A stretch of 64,000 nucleotides of DNA, from assembly GCA_049889835.1 (NCBI GenBank), contig JBMHCQ010000025.1, positions 15,744 through 79,743 on the forward strand. The letters are read 5' to 3'. Of this stretch, positions 18,496 through 26,785 are shown piece by piece. The first letter of the stretch is position 1, and every line of letters begins with the position of its first letter. Both the position numbers and the translations under genes were made by a program. Under the pieces are notes generated by a model. That model saw only the letters and a list, made by a program, of their open reading frames with translations. It made no database searches and was not told the origin of the DNA. Source of the DNA: Akkermansiaceae bacterium (GTDB lineage: Bacteria; Verrucomicrobiota; Verrucomicrobiia; Verrucomicrobiales; Akkermansiaceae).

Positions 18496-19167
18496 ATGCG
18501 TGTCGATATCCTCACTCTTTTCCCAGAAATTTCGCTCGCCCCGCTTGGCGAGAGCATCATCAAGCGCGCGCAGCAAGCAGAGATCGTGGAAATCCAAGCC
18601 CACAACCTGAGAGACTGGGCCACGGACAAACATCGCCGCACTGACGACTCCCTCTGCGGCGGCGGCCAAGGGATGCTCCTCAAGCCAGAGCCCATTTTCG
18701 CCGCAATCGAAGACCTCCGCACCGAATCCTCCAAAATCATCCTTCTCACTCCCCAGGGAAAGGTTCTCAAACAAGCCATTGCAAGGGAGCTCACCGCAGA
18801 AAGCCACTTGATCTTCATCTGCGGTCACTATGAGGGCGTGGACCACCGCGTCATTGAGGAGCTCGTTGATCTCGAACTTTCCATTGGCGACTACGTCCTG
18901 ACCAACGGCGCGATCGCAGCCGCAGTTGTCACCGATGCCATCGTCCGGCTCCTTCCCGGAGCACTCGGCGACGAGCGCTCCCCGGAAGAAGAATCCTTTT
19001 CCGACCCCAAGCTTCTCGAAGCTCCAGCCTACACCAAGCCCGCCAACTTCCGCGGCCTCGAGGTTCCCGACATCCTCTTCTCCGGCCATCACGCCAAGAT
19101 CGAGGAATGGAAAAAAGAAATGGCTCTTAAAAGGACGCGCGAGAACCGGCCCGACCTTCTGGACTAA
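18496..19167 (+). CDS. trmD: tRNA (guanine37-N1)-methyltransferase
   Basis: MRVDILTLFPEISLAPLGESIIKRA..., LICGHYEGVDHRVIEE, GDYVLTNG. The start was moved to the internal ATG at 18496, where similarity to TrmD begins. Confidence 0.9.
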   Translation: MRVDILTLFPEISLAPLGESIIKRAQQAEIVEIQAHNLRDWATDKHRRTDDSLCGGGQGMLLKPEPIFAAIEDLRTESSKIILLTPQGKVLKQAIARELTAESHLIFICGHYEGVDHRVIEELVDLELSIGDYVLTNGAIAAAVVTDAIVRLLPGALGDERSPEEESFSDPKLLEAPAYTKPANFRGLEVPDILFSGHHAKIEEWKKEMALKRTRENRPDLLD

Positions 19168-19178
19168 AAAGCGAATAA

Positions 19179-19388
19179 AAAAGCAGCCCTGCCGAAACGA
19201 CTCTCTCTCATCTTCTCGAATATGCTATCCTAAAGGATCCCAAATCCACAGACGATCTTAGCACTTTACTCACCCCTCTCTTCATCCCCGATGGTGGTCA
19301 AACCTACCTCGCCTTCACCTACCCAGAGCGCGACCCTACTGCGGAACTGACTTACACCCCACAGCTTTCTAACGAACTTCAAGCCTAG
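19179..19388 (+). pseudogene. start-less C-terminal gene fragment (about 69 codons)
   Basis: The frame is open from the stop at 19176 to TAG at 19386 with no ATG. It reads ...DDLSTLLTPLFIPDGGQTYLAFTYPERDPTAELTYTPQLSNELQA, which looks like the C-terminal beta-strands of a secreted or cell-surface protein. Confidence 0.3.
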
Positions 19389-19664
19389 GGGGGAGGGCTC
19401 TGATCATCTCATCGAGATCTTTAAGATCCCTCAGGGTCATGGTTTCAACCAAGTTACCGTACGATCGATCACACCAGTTTCCGATCAAAATAAGGTATTT
19501 ATCAGGGTCAAAGTCACCCGCATAACCCCTTGACTCCGGGACTCCTTGGAAGCCACTCCGAACGCAACAGAGGCAAAAGTGGTTTCAGAACACAAAAGGT
19601 TCTTTCGCATTTTTGTTGCACCATTCAGAGCTCCACCTTAGTTCCCTCCCAGTCGCCACGCACC

Positions 19665-19738
19665 GCGGGTATAGCTTAATGGTAAAGCTCCAGCCTTCCA
19701 AGCTGATCATGAGGGTTCGATTCCCTCTACCCGCTCCA
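19665..19738 (+). tRNA. tRNA-Gly (anticodon UCC), CCA encoded
   Basis: Manual fold: acceptor GCGGGTA/TACCCGC, D-arm GCTT-AATGGTA-AAGC, anticodon arm CCAGC-CTTCCAA-GCTGA (TCC at positions 34-36), T-arm GAGGG-TTCGATT-CCCTC, discriminator T, CCA. Confidence 0.9.
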
Positions 19739-19944
19739 TTTTTTCCTTTGTAATCTGACGGCTCCTCAATTTCTCGCGGCTGGATACAGCCAAAGTGAGT
19801 GATGGCGCGGGGACTTTTACCGAATTCCTGCAGCTGCGCTGATCCTCGCGGGATTTCTCAACAGAATTCTTGCGCACTCGGCTCCCGAAAAACCATCCCT
19901 TCTAATCGGTGGTTTGAGCAAAACCACCTTGCCGCTATCAGCGA

Positions 19945-20538
19945 CTAACCCACATGGCCCAATGCTTTTCCAAGCATCTTGAGGTAGTTATCCCGCTCCA
20001 CCTCATAACCACCGAACTGACGCAGATGCTCGGTCATCCATTGCGTGTCGAGCAGGACCACACCCTCTTCGCGCAGCCAGTCCACCAGCTTTACGAGGGC
20101 AATTTTTGAGGCATCCGTTTTCCGGCTGAACATGCTTTCACCAAAAAAGGCATTCTCGATTTTGATCCCATAAAGCCCTCCCTGCAGACCCTCTTCATCC
20201 CAGCACTCCACCGAGTGGGCAAAGCCGAGATCATGAAGATCGCAATAACTCTCGATGATCACGCCATCAATCCAAGTCTCCTCTCGCTCGGCACAACCCG
20301 CCATGGTTTCACGGAAAGCGGTGTTCCAGCGAACCTCAAAGGGCCTCTTTTTCAAACTTCGCTTCAAGCCCTTCGGGATGTGGAAGCGCTCATCAAGGGG
20401 AATAATTCCGCGATGAGTAGGCGAAAACCAGTAAATCTCCCCATCTTCCGCCATCGGGAAAACCCCTTCGGTATAGGCACCGAGGAGAACGGAAGGAGGA
20501 ATTTTTTCCACCCCGCGATTTTCACGGGACCAACGCAC
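19945..20538 (-). CDS. aat: leucyl/phenylalanyl-tRNA--protein transferase, 197 aa
   Basis: LLGAYTEGVFPMAEDGEIYWFSPTHRGIIPLDERFHIPKGLKRSLKK...SVECWDEEGLQGGLYGI...FGESMFS are typical Aat motifs. Confidence 0.9.
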   Translation of the reverse strand: MRWSRENRGVEKIPPSVLLGAYTEGVFPMAEDGEIYWFSPTHRGIIPLDERFHIPKGLKRSLKKRPFEVRWNTAFRETMAGCAEREETWIDGVIIESYCDLHDLGFAHSVECWDEEGLQGGLYGIKIENAFFGESMFSRKTDASKIALVKLVDWLREEGVVLLDTQWMTEHLRQFGGYEVERDNYLKMLGKALGHVG

Positions 20539-20561
20539 AGTTTCAATCTACAATTTCCCCC

Positions 20562-21044
20562 ATGAAGATTGATCTGGCCGAACTCCCGGACGAAGGAAAA
20601 GAATTTGAGGGCGAAATTCCGGCTGAATTTTTTGGGATCGATGACAAAAACACCAAAGCGGCGTCACCCCTCGCTTACCACATCAAGGCACAACGCTTTG
20701 ACAATGAGCTCTTAATAACAGGAGCACTGCAAGCCACCTTCGAACTCACCTGCATGCGAAGCCTGCATAACTACCTCCAGACCATTGAAATTCCGCAAGC
20801 CGCCATCAGTATCGAGATCGAGGATCAGAGCGTCATCGATGCTGCTGACGAGCTTCGCGAGGAGATTCTGCTAGAACTTCCGACAAATCCCCGCTGCGAA
20901 GATGGCGATGTACCGGGAACATGCGAAATAGATCCGAAGTATTTAGCAGTGGACAATCCTACCGATGCTGGGGTAGACAACGCCCCCGCGCAGGACAAGC
21001 CAAGCCCATGGGCCGCCTTGGACGCGCTGGACTCCAACGATTAA
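20562..21044 (+). CDS. DUF177 (YceD-like) protein, 160 aa
   Basis: Acidic protein with a CxxC-like C-terminal pair (NPRCEDGDVPGTCE). It lies directly upstream of rpmF, the canonical yceD-rpmF-plsX arrangement. Confidence 0.8.
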   Translation: MKIDLAELPDEGKEFEGEIPAEFFGIDDKNTKAASPLAYHIKAQRFDNELLITGALQATFELTCMRSLHNYLQTIEIPQAAISIEIEDQSVIDAADELREEILLELPTNPRCEDGDVPGTCEIDPKYLAVDNPTDAGVDNAPAQDKPSPWAALDALDSND

Positions 21045-21076
21045 CTTCAATCATTCTCCTCTAACCTTCCCAAGTC

Positions 21077-21259
21077 ATGGCAGTACCAAAACGTCGCACA
21101 TCCAAGCATAAGCAGAAGCTCCGCCGTGGAGCCAATCGCTGGCGTAAGCCACAACTCAAGACCTGCCCTGAGTGCGAAAGCCGCATCCCGGGACACATCG
21201 CGTGCCCATCCTGTGGCACCTATCGCGACCGCCAGGTTCTCGATGTGGACCTCGTCTAG
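21077..21259 (+). CDS. rpmF: 50S ribosomal protein L32, 60 aa
   Basis: MAVPKRRTSKHKQKLRRGANRW and the zinc ribbon CPECESRIPGHIACPSCG. Confidence 0.9.
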   Translation: MAVPKRRTSKHKQKLRRGANRWRKPQLKTCPECESRIPGHIACPSCGTYRDRQVLDVDLV

Positions 21260-21277
21260 TTTTTCTTTTGATCGAAA

Positions 21278-21306
21278 AAGGCGCGGATTAGGTTCCGTGC
21301 CTTTTT
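21278..21306 (+). terminator. terminator/attenuator-like hairpin between rpmF and plsX
   Basis: AAGGCGCGG (21278-21286) pairs with CCGTGCCTT (21295-21303, one G-U pair) and is followed by TTT. It lies only 17 nt before the plsX ATG. Confidence 0.4.
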
Positions 21307-21322
21307 ACATTCTCATTCCTCG

Positions 21323-22366
21323 ATGAAAATCGCGCTTGATGCCATGGGAGGGGATCACGCCCCTGAGGTGAATCTCATCGGCGCCCGCGATTTCCTCGCC
21401 GGGAACACGGAGGTCGAAAATATTATTCTCACCGGTCCGGTTGAGCTCTTGAAAAAGGAAGCTGCCGCCTGTGGATTGACCGACCCCCGAACCACCTTCG
21501 AGGAAGCACCCGAAATTGTCGGGATGGAAGAATCCGGGGCCAAAGCACTGCGGCGCAAGAAGAAGTCATCCATTGCCATCTCGGCAGACCTCGTGAAGCG
21601 GGGAGAAGCAGGAGCGATGGTTTCCGCAGGAAACACCGGAGCAGCCGTTGCTGCCGCTACCGTCAAACTCCGCCTTCTCAAAGGGGTTGCCCGCGCTGGA
21701 ATTTGCTCCTCTCTTCCCAACGAATTCGGTCTTTGCAACCTCCTCGATGCAGGAGCCAACCCGGAGGCAAAACCTGCCCATCTTGTTCACTACGCCATCA
21801 TGGGGAGTGTTTACGCTCGTGAAGTCCTCAAGGTCGAAGACCCTCACGTCGGCATCATGTCCAATGGCGAAGAGGAGGAAAAAGGGACCACCTTTACCAA
21901 GGAAACGATGATCCTTATCAAGCACCTTGTGGACCGTGGCCATGCTCCGTTTACCTTCCGGGGAAATGTCGAAGGACACGATCTTTTCCAGACCAAACTC
22001 GATGTCTGTCTTTGCGACGGCTTCACCGGAAACATCGTCCTCAAAAGCTGCGAGGCGACTGCAAAAGCCATGGGAAAGTGGATGAAGGAAGAATTCAAAA
22101 AGAATCCCTTCCGGATCACCGGAGCACTCATGGGCAAGGGAGCCTTCAATGCCGTGAAGGAGCGCACGAGTTACGAAACGGTCGGAGGAAGTCCCCTTCT
22201 CGGAGTGAACGGAGTATGCATCATCGCACACGGTGGCTCGTCGGCCCTCGCGATTAAAAACGCGCTCCGGGTCGCTACTGAGTCGATGAAACACGAGGTG
22301 AACCCGAAAATCGAAGCCGCGATTCACGAGGCAACTCTGCCAGCCGAAGAATCTCAGGAAGCGTAA
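21323..22366 (+). CDS. plsX: phosphate acyltransferase PlsX, 347 aa
   Basis: MKIALDAMGGDHAP..., AMVSAGNTGA, GVCIIAHGGSS are hallmark PlsX motifs. Confidence 0.9.
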   Translation: MKIALDAMGGDHAPEVNLIGARDFLAGNTEVENIILTGPVELLKKEAAACGLTDPRTTFEEAPEIVGMEESGAKALRRKKKSSIAISADLVKRGEAGAMVSAGNTGAAVAAATVKLRLLKGVARAGICSSLPNEFGLCNLLDAGANPEAKPAHLVHYAIMGSVYAREVLKVEDPHVGIMSNGEEEEKGTTFTKETMILIKHLVDRGHAPFTFRGNVEGHDLFQTKLDVCLCDGFTGNIVLKSCEATAKAMGKWMKEEFKKNPFRITGALMGKGAFNAVKERTSYETVGGSPLLGVNGVCIIAHGGSSALAIKNALRVATESMKHEVNPKIEAAIHEATLPAEESQEA

Positions 22367-22418
22367 ACAAAGCGATCTTCTTGACCTCCCTGAAATCTCC
22401 CGCCATCTTTCGTTGTCG

Positions 22419-22544
22419 ATGAAAATCATCCCGCTTATGACCCGCAAGTCGATCGAGAAGGCCATTCTTCTCTATCTCGTCGCTCACATCATCGTTTTCT
22501 TCATTTACCTCGTGAAGGTTCTCCAGATGATGAGTATTCTGTAG
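22419..22544 (+). CDS. possible 41-aa single-TM peptide (below ORF-track cutoff)
   Basis: MKIIPLMTRKSIEKAILLYLVAHIIVFFIYLVKVLQMMSIL. Preceded by TTGACC at 22381 and followed by a strong terminator at 22570. No homology evidence. Confidence 0.3.
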   Translation: MKIIPLMTRKSIEKAILLYLVAHIIVFFIYLVKVLQMMSIL

Positions 22545-22569
22545 ATCAGAATTTCACCCAAAGAATTGG

Positions 22570-22596
22570 AAGGGCGTCCGACGGCGCCCTTTTTTG
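22570..22596 (+). terminator. intrinsic terminator after the plsX/small ORF unit
   Basis: AGGGCG (22571-22576) pairs with CGCCCT (22585-22590), followed by TTTTT (22591-22595). Confidence 0.6.
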
Positions 22597-22610
22597 TACC
22601 CCGGAAGAGG

Positions 22611-22648
22611 CTTGCACGGGGGCTTGCAGCTTGCACGGGGGCTTGCAA
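22611..22648. repeat. 19-nt tandem repeat CTTGCACGGGGGCTTGCA(G/A) x2
   Basis: 22611-22629 and 22630-22648 differ only at the last base. This places four CTTGCA hexamers at 12/7/12-nt spacing, just downstream of the yebC-family stop (22660). Confidence 0.6.
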
Positions 22649-22659
22649 GGACCAACGAC

Positions 22660-23370
22660 CTATCGATCAATATTTGTAAAGACCGCCTGCACGTCTTCAT
22701 CGTCCTCCAGCTTATCGATGAGAATCTCGATCTCGGCGATCTGTTCCTCACTGAACTGCTGGGGATTGGTCGGGAGGCGTTCCAGGCTCGCCTTTGAAGG
22801 CTCGACGTTCATCTCTTCCAATTTCGCGGTAAGATTTCCGAAGTCCTTAAAATCGCCATAGAGAATTCCCAGATCGCCCTCAGCCTCGAGCTCCTCCAGA
22901 CCGGCATCGATGAGCTCCAGCTCCAGTTCTTCCAGATCCACGCCCTCAGTGTTGAACTCGATGACCGATTTCCGATTGAACATGAAGTCCAGCTGGCCTG
23001 AGGTGACCAACTCACCTCCGTTCTTATTAAAGGCAGTGCGAACATTGGTGTAGGAGCGGTTCGTATTATCCGTCGCACACTCCACCCAGAACAGCGAACC
23101 ATGCGGTCCCTTGCCCTCGTAGCTGATTTCAGAAATATCACCGAGGTCTTTCGAAGTGGCACGTTTGATCGCCTTATCGATATTATCCTTCGGCATGTTC
23201 TCCGCCTTCGCGTTGAGAATCGCGGTCCGGAGCTTGGCATTGGAATCAGGATCGGCCCCTCCCTCTTTCGCAGCCATCGTGATGGTCTTGGCCAGCTTCG
23301 GGAAGATGCGAGACATCTTTCCCCAACGTTTTTCCTTCGAGGCCTTCCGGTATTCAAATGCGCGTCCCAT
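22660..23370 (-). CDS. YebC/PmpR-family transcriptional regulator, 236 aa
   Basis: [51 protein letters not shown]... is the conserved YebC N-terminus. The start was set at the internal ATG (23370) rather than the track start (23418). Confidence 0.9.
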   Translation of the reverse strand: MGRAFEYRKASKEKRWGKMSRIFPKLAKTITMAAKEGGADPDSNAKLRTAILNAKAENMPKDNIDKAIKRATSKDLGDISEISYEGKGPHGSLFWVECATDNTNRSYTNVRTAFNKNGGELVTSGQLDFMFNRKSVIEFNTEGVDLEELELELIDAGLEELEAEGDLGILYGDFKDFGNLTAKLEEMNVEPSKASLERLPTNPQQFSEEQIAEIEILIDKLEDDEDVQAVFTNIDR

Positions 23371-23468
23371 ATCGTTTCGTTTCTGAAGCCATCGTGCGCA
23401 TCCCGGGAGAATTTTCAAATGCCAAAGTTCGCTTCCCTCAAAACGGAGAACGGAATAGTTTCCGGGAC

Positions 23469-24554
23469 ATGGCCAGCCAATCGAAAAATGCTCTCACTCC
23501 GGCGCTCCTATTTTTGTGGGGGATCTCGTGTGCCATCATGCTCTCGGAAGGAAGACTTCACCTCAAAGCGGTCAAATTTTTCCAATCTTTCGCGAGTGTC
23601 AGCCTCTTTGAAAAACCAAAACCCCAGGAGCTTCCGAAATCGACGCTGAACAGGGACCGCCTGATTCTTCAAGGTGATGTTTCGCAGGCCACCGAGACCG
23701 AACGCTGGGCCGCACTCCATGACATGGAACCCGGGAACCCGGTTTATTACGCGAACCTGCTGAACTCCATGGACGAGGTCCCGAATGACTTTGAGGAGAA
23801 GGTGACCGAGCTCGATCCAAACAACGGCTGGTTCCAGCTTTGGCAGGCTTCCCTGTCGGTGGACGATTTCTTGGAAAGCGTTCGGGAGGAGCGATCCGAT
23901 CGAAAAAAACGCGAAGCCGAAGGAGCTCCAGCCCCGGTCATACGATATGATATCACCGACGAAGAAAAATTTGCAAAATCACTCTCTCTTCTCAAACAAG
24001 GACTCCAGGCACCCAAGCAAGACTCCTACTTCAGCGAGATGGCCGCTGAGCGGTTCGATGCCCTGCCGGAAGCCAACGGAGTTCTCGAAAACGCAAGAAA
24101 TATTGCCATCATGAGTGAATCGTATTCCGGTATAACAGTCTGGAAAAACGCCTCCCAAATTTTAAGCGCTGCCATTCAGACCGCACAAACCGAGGAGGAG
24201 TTCTTCGAGCTCGAGTCCCTCGCTTTGGCTATGAAGACAAGACATTGGAAAGAAGTGCGAACCCTTGTCGATGGCCTTGTCTATCAGGCGACCAGCATCC
24301 TCCTCTCCGCGAACCTCCGGGAAACAGCAACCCGGATCGGCCTCGAGGAAAAGTCCGCCTTTTATCGCGATCAACACTCAAAATACCAGGCTTACAACGA
24401 CCACAGAAAGCAACCCCGAAGTGATGAATTCACCCAGCTTATGCTACCGACGAGCCGACATTTTCTCTGCGATGGCTTATCCCGCGATGGCTTACTTGAC
24501 CAAGAGTCCAATCGAGATCACCAGAGAAGAACTCAAACCCGCACTTCGTGCTGA
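23469..24554 (+). CDS. hypothetical protein, N-terminal signal-anchor; probable 5' part of a split gene
   Basis: Start chosen at [28 protein letters not shown] (signal or anchor). Coding-like bias persists to about 24410. The last 45 or so codons look non-native and overlap the next ORF in the +1 frame. Confidence 0.5.
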   Translation: MASQSKNALTPALLFLWGISCAIMLSEGRLHLKAVKFFQSFASVSLFEKPKPQELPKSTLNRDRLILQGDVSQATETERWAALHDMEPGNPVYYANLLNSMDEVPNDFEEKVTELDPNNGWFQLWQASLSVDDFLESVREERSDRKKREAEGAPAPVIRYDITDEEKFAKSLSLLKQGLQAPKQDSYFSEMAAERFDALPEANGVLENARNIAIMSESYSGITVWKNASQILSAAIQTAQTEEEFFELESLALAMKTRHWKEVRTLVDGLVYQATSILLSANLRETATRIGLEEKSAFYRDQHSKYQAYNDHRKQPRSDEFTQLMLPTSRHFLCDGLSRDGLLDQESNRDHQRRTQTRTSC

Positions 24555-25254
24555 GCGGGCCTTTGCGTCCCGCATCTTTTATGGCCTGATTGTTCTCATC
24601 CTTAATCTCGCAGCGCTCATCACCTGGCTTCGCAAACGGGACAAAGCCAACCCTGCCCTCTTCCAGCCTGAGGTTTCGGTTCTCGCACTTGGTGTTCTTC
24701 TTCCCTTTGTTCTTCTGATCGCCTTCCGCTACTTTTTCTCTTTCGGCATGCTCGATTATGGAGGTCGTCTTCTGGGATTTGGAAATTACCTGCATCCGGA
24801 GATTGCAACCCTCCTCATCCTCTTCGCCGTGCCCGTGTGCCTGCTTCGCAGCCGGGCCTACCCCGAAGAGTCACGAAAGAAAATCTGGTGGCCCGTAGCA
24901 GTCGCCGTGACTTCCTTGTTCTTCGCTGCCGCGATGATTCCGCTCGTCGACCTCAGGGTGACACCCATCCTTATTTCTGCTTCCCCGGTGCTCTCGGTCA
25001 TCGCCCTGATCGGGCTTATTTTTCCTCGTTTAAAGCATCGTGATAAGTCGTATGACCTCACCAGCCGTCTCGCTCCAGCCTTCCTATTTTCTGCGGCCTT
25101 GGTGGGATTGTTCAGCCTTGGCCTCAAATATGAAGAGCATTTCTGGTTTGCGAAAACAGAGCTCATGCGACCCAGCCCCAATGGCTTCACTATCTTCGAG
25201 GATCAAGTGGTGGAGATTCTCAAAGCCGAACTCGAGGAAGTGGAAAAACCTTGA
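24424..25254 (+). CDS. polytopic membrane protein; probable 3' part of the same split gene (start uncertain)
   Basis: Frame +1 relative to the previous ORF. Reads ...[69 protein letters not shown], followed by four or more further hydrophobic helices. The ORF is open from 24265. Confidence 0.5.
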   Translation: MNSPSLCYRRADIFSAMAYPAMAYLTKSPIEITREELKPALRAERAFASRIFYGLIVLILNLAALITWLRKRDKANPALFQPEVSVLALGVLLPFVLLIAFRYFFSFGMLDYGGRLLGFGNYLHPEIATLLILFAVPVCLLRSRAYPEESRKKIWWPVAVAVTSLFFAAAMIPLVDLRVTPILISASPVLSVIALIGLIFPRLKHRDKSYDLTSRLAPAFLFSAALVGLFSLGLKYEEHFWFAKTELMRPSPNGFTIFEDQVVEILKAELEEVEKP

Positions 25255-25501
25255 CCAGATCTGGGGCAGGTTGCTCTTTCTCTCAGATGCGGTCTAAACC
25301 ACTGTTCTCTTTGCCCTTTCTTAGAACACCTCTCATGTCCTTGACGAAGAGGCCACATCCAGAGACGTTTTTTATTTGATATGCTTCACGGGAGGAAAGT
25401 AGATCCTCTGTTCGAAGAGCACGGACTTGATCCTGACCGCCTGACCCGAATCTCTTTCGAAAAGACCAAAGAACTTCTTGATGGCATCGTCGCAGGGCTC
25501 T

Positions 25502-25527
25502 GAAACAAACACAGGCGAGACGCCTGT
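25502..25527 (-). terminator. hairpin/terminator candidate after the 164-aa gene
   Basis: ACAGGCG-AGA-CGCCTGT (25511-25527) abuts the stop at 25529. On the minus strand it is followed by GTTTGTTTC. Confidence 0.4.
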
Positions 25528-25528
25528 G

Positions 25529-26023
25529 CTACACCACTTCCCGTTTTGAGACCTTCATTTCCCCCTTCCAGTGTCGCTCGAAGTGGATGCGTTCCTGAAT
25601 GCGTTTGGCTTTTTGAACGGATCCGTGCTCGATGAGGAGCATGGCACGGCCACTTTTGACAAAGGCTTCGTGGATGAGAAAGACCGGCTCGCGTTTGTGA
25701 CGAAGGAAGCAATGGAAGGGCAAATCCCAGTGATTGACGTTCCAGAGAAAAGCGGCAGGAAGAAAGTCCCGAAGCTCCGAAAGAGCGAGACAGAGCTCGC
25801 GGAGGTTGGCCTCACCATGAATCTTGATGAGCTTTTTCGCCATCCTCTTGTTCATCATACGATCGAGATAACTCGCGAAGGGATTGAGACGTTCTTCCTC
25901 GGCTTCCTCGATGATGGCTGCCTGGTGCTGGGCCATGAGCTCGTGAAGGGTCTCGCGCTTAATCTCGCCGGATTCCCACTGGCGCACCAATTCGCGCGGG
26001 TTCGGGAACGGGGCAAGTTTCAT
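25529..26023 (-). CDS. hypothetical protein, 164 aa
   Basis: Clean ORF with genome-typical codon usage, divergent from imuA. No motif recognised. Confidence 0.6.
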   Translation of the reverse strand: MKLAPFPNPRELVRQWESGEIKRETLHELMAQHQAAIIEEAEEERLNPFASYLDRMMNKRMAKKLIKIHGEANLRELCLALSELRDFLPAAFLWNVNHWDLPFHCFLRHKREPVFLIHEAFVKSGRAMLLIEHGSVQKAKRIQERIHFERHWKGEMKVSKREVV

Positions 26024-26127
26024 CTCCGGAAAGACTAGCGCGATGAAGGAATTTGTCTACCTGCGGGAAAACACTTCCATCTAAAAATTAAGGCTTGCAC
26101 GGTCCGCCTTGCCTTCGTTTTAAAAAT

Positions 26128-26143
26128 ATGTTCTTTTGAACAT
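26128..26143. promoter_or_regulatory. LexA (SOS) box candidate ATGTTC-TTTT-GAACAT
   Basis: Perfect 16-bp palindrome containing TGTTC-N4-GAACA, ending one base before the imuA GTG (26144). An upstream TTGCAC (26095-26100) and an A/T-rich TTTTAAAAATAT stretch could serve as -35/-10. Confidence 0.65.
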
Positions 26144-26785
26144 GTGAATCACAAAGATCCTGTTCTTGATCTGACCCAGCTTCGTCACTCCCTGAAGGAG
26201 AAATTTCCAACGGCTCATCGGGACTTCACTCCAGAAGTTCTTGTGGAACCAGAGAGCTGGCAGGCTGAAGATCTGCTGAACTTCGACCCCGCCACCGTCA
26301 ATGAAGTTGTTTCTCCCGAGCCCGGACGGGGAATATCCTTGATGATTTCCCGGCTCTTGGATGCCGAGCGTGATCTTCCACTGGCCTTGGTGGACGGTCG
26401 TGATCAGTTCGATCCCGGCTCACAAGGGAACTCCCGTTGTGGGCGACTTTTCTGGGTTCGCTGCCATGATATTGGTCAAGCCATCCAGGCCACCGATCTG
26501 CTCTTGCGCGATGGTAACCTTCCGCTCGTAGTTCTCGATCTTCACCTCTCCCCGGAACGAGAACTCCGGCGCATTCCGCGCGCCTTATGGCATCGCTACA
26601 AAACGGAGGCCCGTCAGTCCGGCACGACTCTCGTCGTGCTCACGCCGAGCGTGATCGTGCCCTCGGCCCACGAACGAATCTTTGTTTCCGGTCACTTTAC
26701 TCTCGAGCAAGTAGAGAAAGAACGCCCGACCTTTCAAGCTTCCCGCGAAAACACACGCGGGATTTCCCAAACCCGTTCCAGTTAA
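26144..26785 (+). CDS. imuA: ImuA-like (RecA/SulA-fold) SOS mutagenesis protein, 213 aa, GTG start
   Basis: First position in an imuA-imuB-dnaE2 arrangement. LFWVRCHDIGQAIQATDLLLRDGNLPLVVLDL...LRRIPRALWHRYKTEARQSGTTLVVLTP resembles the ImuA core. Its stop overlaps the imuB start (TAATG). Confidence 0.7.
   Translation: MNHKDPVLDLTQLRHSLKEKFPTAHRDFTPEVLVEPESWQAEDLLNFDPATVNEVVSPEPGRGISLMISRLLDAERDLPLALVDGRDQFDPGSQGNSRCGRLFWVRCHDIGQAIQATDLLLRDGNLPLVVLDLHLSPERELRRIPRALWHRYKTEARQSGTTLVVLTPSVIVPSAHERIFVSGHFTLEQVEKERPTFQASRENTRGISQTRSS

Noticed and set aside
25381-25503. A 40-aa ORF, MLHGRKVDPLFEEHGLDPDRLTRISFEKTKELLDGIVAGL, between the membrane-protein gene and the 164-aa gene.
   Set aside because: It is plausibly coding by composition and is followed by a hairpin. 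But there is no motif, no evident ribosome-binding site or promoter, and it is too short to judge without conservation data.
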